Part shown: piece after piece, positions 53,514 through 64,000 of the stretch
Layout of the letters: every line of letters starts with the position of its first letter
Position numbering within the stretch: the first letter of the stretch is position 1
Assembly (NCBI GenBank): GCA_964016885.1
Contig: OZ024740.1
Span: 82,956,001-83,020,000, forward strand
Length of the DNA stretch: 64,000 nucleotides
Reading direction: 5' to 3'
From: Eledone cirrhosa
Lineage: Eukaryota
The notes under the pieces: generated by a model
What the model was told of the DNA's origin: nothing
Database searches by the model: none
The model's input: only the letters and a program-made list of their open reading frames with translations
Translations under genes and position numbers: made by a program

Positions 53514-55728
53514 AGGTGAGCAGATACAAAAATATTAATATGTTGCACCAAATATTTAGGTCTGCTACTTTAAGTATTGGCACAAAGTCGTATCCATAAA
53601 AAAAAAAACTAATAATAAAAGAAAGGCTGCGAAGGTGAAAACTGCTCTCTTGCGCACTGAAACGGTAGACAAGACTTTACGACACACGAAATAAGCTTGT
53701 AGAACTACGTAGATTACAAGATACACTGTCCGAATTATCAATAGGCATGAAGTTATACACTGGAGCTAGAATCAGATTTTCAAAGTCAGAAAAGGAAACA
53801 TTTTCAAGAATGATTATATATATCTGAAATAATTCACTACTGAGAATTAACCCAGCAATTAAGTTCATAGACAAAAGTCACGTGCCTGTCCTTTGTATTT
53901 ATACACATTTTGTTTAATTCTCCCTATTTCAAAATGTCATCAAATCATTTTATTGAATCCAAAATCTCTGTTTACACTTCCGCTCCAACTACAAACACAT
54001 CTCCCATCCCAGATTCCTCAGCCAAATGAACAATAAAGCGGAAAAGGAAACCATTTTTTAAACAAGTTTTATTTCGTTGTATTTAAACAGTACACTATAG
54101 TTTATTCTTTTTAACAATTTATACTCGTTTGACTTTGTGTTCATTTCCTGCTTACATGACACTGCCTTGACAACTGGCATCTAGAACGACAGCAAACATA
54201 CTATTTATATAAAAACGTGTTGCATGTGATACACCAAATCACACACACACGCGCGAACACACACACATACTCACATATATACATATACAAGTACGCACGC
54301 ATAACGCCCACCCCCACATGCACACACATACATACATAAACACACATACATATAGATATAGATATTTTTTGTATATATATATATGTGTACATAGGTTTGT
54401 TAGTATCTGCGTGTATGTGTTCTGAATTATATCGGTGAAGGATAGAACAATCGACAAGAGCGACAGATTTCTGACTGTAATAGTTGCTCTGATTACCCGG
54501 GTAAAGATATGAGAGTGATGTTATAACAAGTGAGTATAGTAAAAAAGCTACCAATTTTTAACAAATTCTCGGGTCTTGTTAGATGAATGAAGACCATATC
54601 AATGATAATTCTGAATGATCTTCCATGGAACGCGTCCGTTATACATACATTATCACCTCACGAAAATATATTGTTTTTCTAATGAATAGAGTGTTATTCA
54701 AACTTCTAGGGTGTGTACATGATTATCTCTTGCAATGAATATTTCATTTTAAACCAAGTTCATATTCCGAATCAGTGTGACACAGAGACATGAGGCTGGA
54801 CCTTGGCATTGCACTCCAATACTGGATGTGGATGAGAGAAACAAACAAAATTGGCCTCGGTGGTATCCACACAATATTGCAACCAATACCGAATATCATA
54901 TACAACGTTTCATGGATTCTGGTAGCACACATCACTTGCCTCGTAACGAGAGCTCTTATATTTTGTAATCAAATTATTTGTACTCAACGTTATTACAGTT
55001 ATTCATTTCTAAATAATTCAATGTCATGTATAATAAAACCTATCCAGGCAATACAATTTGAGCAAATAAAATACGAAATCACCAACAAATTATGTAAAGC
55101 TTAGCAGTTTGTAAACGGCAATGAAATGAACATTAACATTTTACTTTTGTTTTTCTTGATTTGAAATATTTCCTAAAAATATAGTAGAAATATGATTAAC
55201 TGTGACTATGAGGAAATGCCTTGAGTAGAGGTAGATATATAATAGTGCATCGTTGGAGTTATAGATAAGGCAATATATAAAATTACTATTAATTGTGCTG
55301 CAATATACAAGACAAATATGCTAGACTACGACAGAAGTAATAAATCCCCAACGTGTAAACTATGTGTATGTTTATATGTTTGTACTGTGTTTTTGCTGGA
55401 AATGAGTGTAAGTAAATTATTCCAATTAACCAACAAATGCTAACTTTAGAGCCTGTAGGTATACAGAAGGATGTATGAACATCTACAAAATTTTAAATCA
55501 GCTTTTACTATCGAGTGCATGTTGTTGAGGACTTATATATAGTGGTTATATAAAGACTTGGTTGTGTATGTGAGAATGAATTTAAGTATATATATATATA
55601 TATTTGCATTTGTAAACATGTTTAAATAGGAATGCCTATATGTACGTAAATATTTATGTAACATTCTATTTATGTGACTAACTTGTGACTAACGCCGGCT
55701 GGCGGTGTCCAGTAGAAGCAAAGAGGAC

Positions 55729-55776
55729 AATCGTGGATGCGCATTTCGAACTGAACTGGTTGTCATCAACACGATC
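55729..55776 (-). ncRNA. Solitary minimal type I hammerhead variant
   Basis: GATCGTG-TTGATGA-CAAC.CAGTTCA.GTTC-GAAA-TGCGCA-TC-CACGATT; C3U change and a mismatch at the base of stem II. Confidence 0.65.
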
Positions 55777-56220
55777 CCTCCCACTCTTGCAATAGCTGGA
55801 CTTTGAAAACAGGCAAGAATATATGGTTTACGTGTAAGTGAGTGATTAATCTCATTTGCATATGAAAGTGTATATGTGATTAATCTCATTTGCACACGAA
55901 GCTGTATATGTTGGCTCAAATTATAATAGAATTGAATTACAAGTTAGCTTCAGGCATAGTTGTATACAGATATGCATTGTTTTTTTTTTATTTCAGAAGA
56001 AATACGGTATGTTTATAATACACATTTAGAGAGCCGTAGCTATGCCGTGGTGTCCAACAGGAGCAAGGGGGACAAACATAAATACTACTCAGTATAAGAC
56101 ACCGTTTATTTATCGACATGAGTACATAAGAGATATAGCCCATCCATGTAAACCTAAACTACAAATATTTAAAGACAGCATAGGCACTCATGGAAAAACA
56201 AAATATATACGATGGTATCA

Positions 56221-56600
56221 TTTCTTCTTCTTCTTCTTCTTCTTCTTCTTCTTCTTCTTCTTCTTCTTCTTCTTCTTCACCCTAATATTCATGACTCATA
56301 ATATTCAAACACTCATTCCATCGGGTCATATTAGCGGTAACCGTCTCTAACTGATTCGGCTGGATCCCCATTAATGACCAGCTTGGATCATAGATATTAT
56401 CTAATATTCGTATTCGGTGACTACCACCGGATCTCCTGTCGTTTGATTTTGCCCGTAAAATCTGTCCAGCGTTTCTTTTCTGAGACATTCTAACCACATG
56501 CCCATAATATCCGAGCGGTGATATCTCAATTTGGAAAATTAGCGGTTCTACCTGGATTGACTCACTGATCACCGAGATACACACACTATCAAGTGACCTT
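56221..56600 (-). mobile_element. RTE-clade LINE 3' fragment with (GAA)n tail
   Basis: YYGHVVRM...RRSGGSHRIRILDNI...TRW resembles the RTE C-terminus (GHVxRM..RGRPRxRWxD); (TTC)n at 56222-56278. Confidence 0.7.
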
Positions 56601-56762
56601 ACTACAAAGAACCTTGGGAGGAACCCTGCTCTTTCATCTCTTTATTCTTTACTTTTGAGGTAAATATATAATATCATCGCGAACGAGGCAGCAATGACAT
56701 CTGCCGGATCCGCGGACCTCGTATTACATAGAAGGTTTATGATCATTTAACGTGTGCTTTAT

Positions 56763-58419
<1,657 letters not shown>

Positions 58420-58546
58420 GCTGTGTATCTATGTTGGTGGGTCTCGTTGATATAAGTCGGTATGAGATAGATTGCATGAACGAAAATTCCTAAAGAACGC
58501 GTTTTCCTCCGAAAATTACGATGTGTGATATTTTACAAAACTTGTT

Positions 58547-58637
<91 letters not shown>

Positions 58638-60339
58638 GTTATATTATATAAACCATATGGCAAACTGGCATATACCTTCCTAAATACTCAGCCTTATGCG
58701 AAGGAAGTTCATGACTTTGTAGCCTCCGGATACCTATGAAACTATATACTTGTTGGTCAAATTTGCGCCCGAAAAATATCTTGCGTTTTCAGATCGTCAG
58801 CTACTGATTATTACTTGTGTTTTGATGTTTACTGCCTCATAAATATACCTCAGTGCAATTTAAACACGACTTACTGGTTCTAGACAATCTCATCAGCAAT
58901 AATACAATAAAAACTAGGTTTGTGTATATGTAAATGTTTTCTATGTTTTCTAGTTTTTCTAGCTGTTTAAAAAAAAATCCGGATTTCGTTACCAATGCTG
59001 CGATCTATTTCTACAAGTCACTGAAATATATACTAGACATCATTTAATTTGTATTATGTTTTTTTTGTTATTGTTATGATGTCACTAATTACTTTGAAGC
59101 CAAAAAATCGAATTAATGGTATAGTGAAATATAATATATTTGCTTTCAAACATGATTATGTATTCGATGAATATATTTTAATCATACTACATGTAAGTTT
59201 TAGGCAGTCTGTATCATTTTATACACCAATGTCTCTATTAGAATTACTTCTAATGTTCCTCACGTACAATAGACCAGTACAGACACTAGGATAATTAAGA
59301 TCTATGTTGTAAATCAGTTTTTAAGTAAACATGGAATTGACTACTCTGTTTTGGCTTCTCCCGCAAACGTCATTTATATAACCTCTAGCTCTGTACTTTC
59401 GTTTGAGGGAAATGCGTTGCCAATAAGTTTTCTTGTATTACTGATATGATAATGGGTGCGTATATGCTATTGTATATTTTCCTCTTAAAGCATATAGATA
59501 GATATAGGTTGAATTGTCTCTCCTTACATATATATTCCAATGAATAGGAAAGAAACTGCTAATGGAAATAAATAATGGAACCATGCTGCTAAAACAATTA
59601 ACGTTCTTACTTGATATTTTTGTGTAGAAAGAAGAGGCATTTTTATTTCTCGTTTTCGGTCAGTCAATATCCTGGTAGTGACAGCTGAGACACAGAAATA
59701 ATTTCAAGAAAGCTGTTTCTATATAATGGTTTCTAAAATCTAAAGTCTTTTTCGCGACAGAATAACAATACAATTTGAAAACAAAATGACAGAAAACTAT
59801 CTTCTGAATCAACAGGATAAACTACAATTCAGTATCCATTTCCTCTTGCCAAGGGGTAAATGTTCATTTAAAACAGGTAAAAGCTAGCTTGTAGGAAAGT
59901 AGATGTTCAAAATATTTGCATATAGATATATACATATATATAACGATATATTATGTATATCATATTTGAAATATATTTTTATGTTTAATATCTTACGTTC
60001 TTGCAAGGTGTGTAAACATGATTACAAAAACATGCCCACATACGTTTCTAGTATATACACTATAGAACAATACAATACATAGGGGTTTGCTATATACTCT
60101 ATTCTCTCAATTCCCTAGGTGTTAGCATTTATTGATTATTAATTTTATCTGTCTTTAAAGAATTATATAATAGTTGTACAAGTAAATTCTATTGATTCGC
60201 TTTGTTTTAAACAACATGTTAGACATATCTTTTTGCAGATTTCGTACAACATGTGATCACCCGGTAGATTATGAGATGATCCAAGGCTATTATTCAGATA
60301 CTCAGCGGGACTGTGATAGAATACACTGTATATGTCACA

Positions 60340-60798
60340 AACATATTCAGTCCCTGTTGAATTTGTATATATAAAGGTCCGATGAAAAAGCATTCAAATT
60401 ATAATCTTGTTTCATCTCAAATAACTGGAACAATTAGAGCTGGATTCAAATTATCTTCTTTCTTATAGTAGTATCACAGAATATAAGCTGCATCATGCCT
60501 TGCACATTGTTTTGAAACAAAATATTCTGTATCGTGAGTGGCATATCTTCCCTTAGGAAATATTTCGACTTGTTATATTAGGGTATATATTACTTATAGT
60601 CGTCTTACTCTTAATACATGACACAGTGGCGCTAATGAATCATGCAGAGTTTATTTGCCTATCCATATACAGTCAATGAACATTCATATAGGTCCCTTTT
60701 TAAACAACTTGCTCCAAAATATCACGAGAGTGTAACGATAATCTTTCCAATACTTGAGTATGAAATGAAGAAGCTCAGAGTATCTGGGACCATTTGAA

Positions 60799-60833
<35 letters not shown>

Positions 60834-60889
60834 GAACCAGTAAGACCCCGACAGCTGAGCTGGTTCCTTACCACATTTCCTTCGTTATA

Positions 60890-60973
<84 letters not shown>

Positions 60974-62130
60974 TAAAATAACAGATTAAAGTTTAAGCAA
61001 AGAATCGCTGCTTTCACCCTTAACGGGATCTTCTGAAACTAACAAAGTCAATCTGTAAACGCAGAAGTGGATATTTCAAAAAACGTTGCAACCGGAGGAA
61101 GACAGGAAGACGATACTTTGGTTCGTGGAAACGTTCGCTGGCTAAGAACGGGAAAAAACGAATATAATACGTCATTAATAGGAGCGGTGAAAAACAATTA
61201 CGCGCAAAGACAGAACCACGTTTATGGTATAATAGAGGTCGTAGACTAATGTTCTCTTAGGTGGTGCATAGAGACGTTCTCTGGCGATGAACGAAAAAAA
61301 CGAAGATAATACGTCATATGTGGAGGGTGGAGAACAATAGCACGCAAAGACAAAACCACGTAAATGGTATAGCAGAAGTCGTAGACTAAATTGTAACTAG
61401 GAGACCGAATTAATCTCCGCTACGGAGTTAAGAACAAAGTAAATAAATACAATACAGACGTATTATCTTGGTTTTTTCCGTTCATCGCCAGAGAACGTCT
61501 CTATGCACCACCTAAGAGAACATTAGTATACGACCCCTATTATACCATAAACGTGGTTGTGTCTTTGCGCGTAATTGTTTTTCACCGCTCCTATTAATGA
61601 CGTATTATATTCGTTTTTTCCTGTTCTTAGCCAGCGAACGTTTCCACGAACCAAAGTATCGTCTCCTGTCTTCCTCCGGTTGCAACGTTTTTTGAAATAT
61701 CCACTTCTGCGTTTACAGATTGACTTTGTTAGTTTCAGAAGATCCCGTTAAGGGTGAAAGCAGCGATTCGTTGCTTAAACTTTAATCTGTTAGTTTAATA
61801 AATATTTACTCTACGGTTCTTATATATTTGATATATATTTATCCTTATCGAGCCCTCTTTGGATTTTAGTCTTCACATTTTTTATTATTACTATATATAT
61901 ATATATATATATATAAAGGTTTACATATAAATAAAGTCATAGATATATATGTTGCAAAACAATGTTGCAAGACATGATTCAGCTTATATTCTGTGATACT
62001 ACTATAAGAGAGAAGATAAGTTGAATCCAGCTCTAATTGTTCCAGTTATTTAAGATGAAACAATATTATAATATGAATGCTTTTCCATCGGACCTTTATA
62101 TATACAAAATCAACAGGGGCTGAATTTGAT
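60340..62130. repeat. Outer diverged inverted repeat pair (~60340-60520 / ~61950-62130) enclosing the fold-back
   Basis: ATAACTGGAACAATTAGAGCTGGATTCAA..CTTATAGTAGTATCACAGAATATAAGCTG vs its reverse complement at ~61980-62050. Confidence 0.8.
60967..61890. repeat. Large fold-back: ~350-bp arms (60967-61315 / 61457-61804) plus ~85-bp extension, in (TA)n
   Basis: Reverse-complement match seen directly; internal ~95-bp duplication (~61155-61250, ~61295-61390). Confidence 0.9.
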
Positions 62131-62155
62131 CTAATAATTCTAAGGACATGATTTA

Positions 62156-62189
<34 letters not shown>

Positions 62190-62340
62190 ACTGTCTTTTA
62201 ACGTCCCTGATAAATTGTATATTATGGAAGGTGTCTCTCGATACGGCCCACTGTCAAATCTAATATAAGTTTGGTTCCTTGTGTGTGTGATATTTTTCAA
62301 AACTAATGAATTTCAGTAATCCAATGGTAGTATCGGAAAT

Positions 62341-62521
62341 AATTGTTTCTACTTTAGGCACAAGGCCAGCAAATACCCAGTACATTACTGGTACTTTATT
62401 TTATCGACCCCGTAAGGATGAAAGGCAAAGTTAACCTCGGCGGGATTTGAACTCAGACTGTAAAGGGACGTAACTATGCTAGAAAGCATGGCGTCCGACT
62501 CTCTACCGATACTGGCAATCC
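62341..62521 (-). mobile_element. SINE family 1 with 10-bp TSD CGGAAATAAT
   Basis: TSD at 62334-62343 and 62522-62531; intact core. Confidence 0.9.
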
Positions 62522-62824
62522 CGGAAATAATGTGAACTTCTAAATATTAAGCCAAGGAACCTCTTTAAATAGTCATTCACCTGCAAGAGAACATTAATTT
62601 CATAATATTTCAATTTAATTGTAAAACGATTTTATTAATAATCATTGTATTGGAAACTGGCATTTAATTAAAATGACTCTCTGTGTGTAGAATAAACAGT
62701 AATGTTGATAGGTATAATGAAAATTGAATAAGGCAATTTAAATATCGGAATACGAATATAGCTTCTTTGAAATGGATATTTACTATAATAATAAAAGATG
62801 ATTTTATTTGTATTTGCTTTAAAT

Positions 62825-62881
62825 TTGTATATATATATATATATATATATATAAATTTAAAGCAAAGACAAAGAAAATCAA

Positions 62882-62966
<85 letters not shown>

Positions 62967-63083
62967 TTGTATATATATATATAAGTACATATATATATGT
63001 ATATATATATAGTTATATATATGTATATATATATAGTTATATATATATATATATATTTATGTATATATATATCTATATGTATG

Positions 63084-63114
<31 letters not shown>

Positions 63115-63279
63115 CTATATATATATATATATACATATATATATGTATATATATATTTGTATATATATATAAGTATATATATATATGTATATATATATAG
63201 TTATATATATATATGTATGTATATATATATATATCTATATGTATGTATATATATATATATATGTATATATATATCTATA

Positions 63280-63333
<54 letters not shown>

Positions 63334-63363
63334 AGTATATATATATATATGTATATATATATC

Positions 63364-63404
<41 letters not shown>

Positions 63405-63473
63405 GTATATATATATATAAATGTATATATATATATAGTTATATATATATATATGTATGTATATATATATTAG

Positions 63474-63526
<53 letters not shown>

Positions 63527-63527
63527 G

Positions 63528-63580
<53 letters not shown>

Positions 63581-63595
63581 GTATATATATATATG

Positions 63596-63646
<51 letters not shown>

Positions 63647-63661
63647 GTATATATATATATG

Positions 63662-63710
<49 letters not shown>

Positions 63711-63711
63711 G

Positions 63712-63756
<45 letters not shown>

Positions 63757-63769
63757 GTATATATATATG

Positions 63770-63800
<31 letters not shown>

Positions 63801-64000
63801 GTATATATATATATCTATATGTATGTATATATATATATAAGTATATATATATGTATATATATATATAGTTATACATGTATATATGTATATATATATATGT
63901 ATATGTATATCTATATGTATGTATATATATGTATATATATATATCTATATGTATTTATATATATATATATATATACGCATATATATATATGTGTGTATAT
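62825..64000. repeat. Long imperfect (TA)n / (TATATG)-variant microsatellite
   Basis: More than 1.1 kb of nearly pure TA with periodic G/C interruptions. Confidence 0.95.

Noticed and set aside
54777-54968. FMDSGSTHHL, like a copia protease active site
   Set aside because: No gag, integrase, RT or LTR context; the motif is too short
55796-55833. AG-LDFENRQEYMVYV-GTAAGT, resembling a cadherin LDFE micro-exon
   Set aside because: Only 38 nt, no other cadherin exons seen, and it lies next to a hammerhead relic; probably chance
61730-61775. CAGAAGA-TCCCGTTAAGGGT-GAAA as a hammerhead
   Set aside because: U4 is A in both arms and stems I/III could not be built; not called
62767-63876. Long [10 protein letters not shown]-repeat ORFs here and at 18.9-19.5, 21.9, 28, 32 and 37-39 kb
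   Set aside because: Stop-free translations of (TA)n/(TG)n/(CA)n microsatellites, not genes

Overview
AT-rich eukaryotic (animal) DNA made almost entirely of transposons and (TA)n/(CA)n/(ATT)n microsatellites. The repeat content suggests a cephalopod mollusc, but that is inference. I found no host gene I can defend. The window holds three Tx1/L1-clade LINEs (one full-length, 46405-52465), several R4/Dong-like RLE retrotransposon pieces, one near-intact Penelope-like element (PLE) and truncated ones, an RTE 3' fragment, a non-autonomous Helitron and about ten tRNA-derived SINEs. Main observations: (1) minimal type I hammerhead ribozyme motifs occur in PLE termini, in a ~300-bp tandem array and as solitary relics; (2) several families of small asymmetric fold-back elements sit in (TA)n tracts; (3) (ATT)n tails act as shared landing sites for Tx1, R4/Dong and SINE insertions; (4) a GTAAGT splice donor overlaps the Tx1 ORF1 stop, and a 53-nt intron there would fuse ORF1 in frame to ORF2. 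All calls were made by eye and boundaries of degraded elements are approximate.
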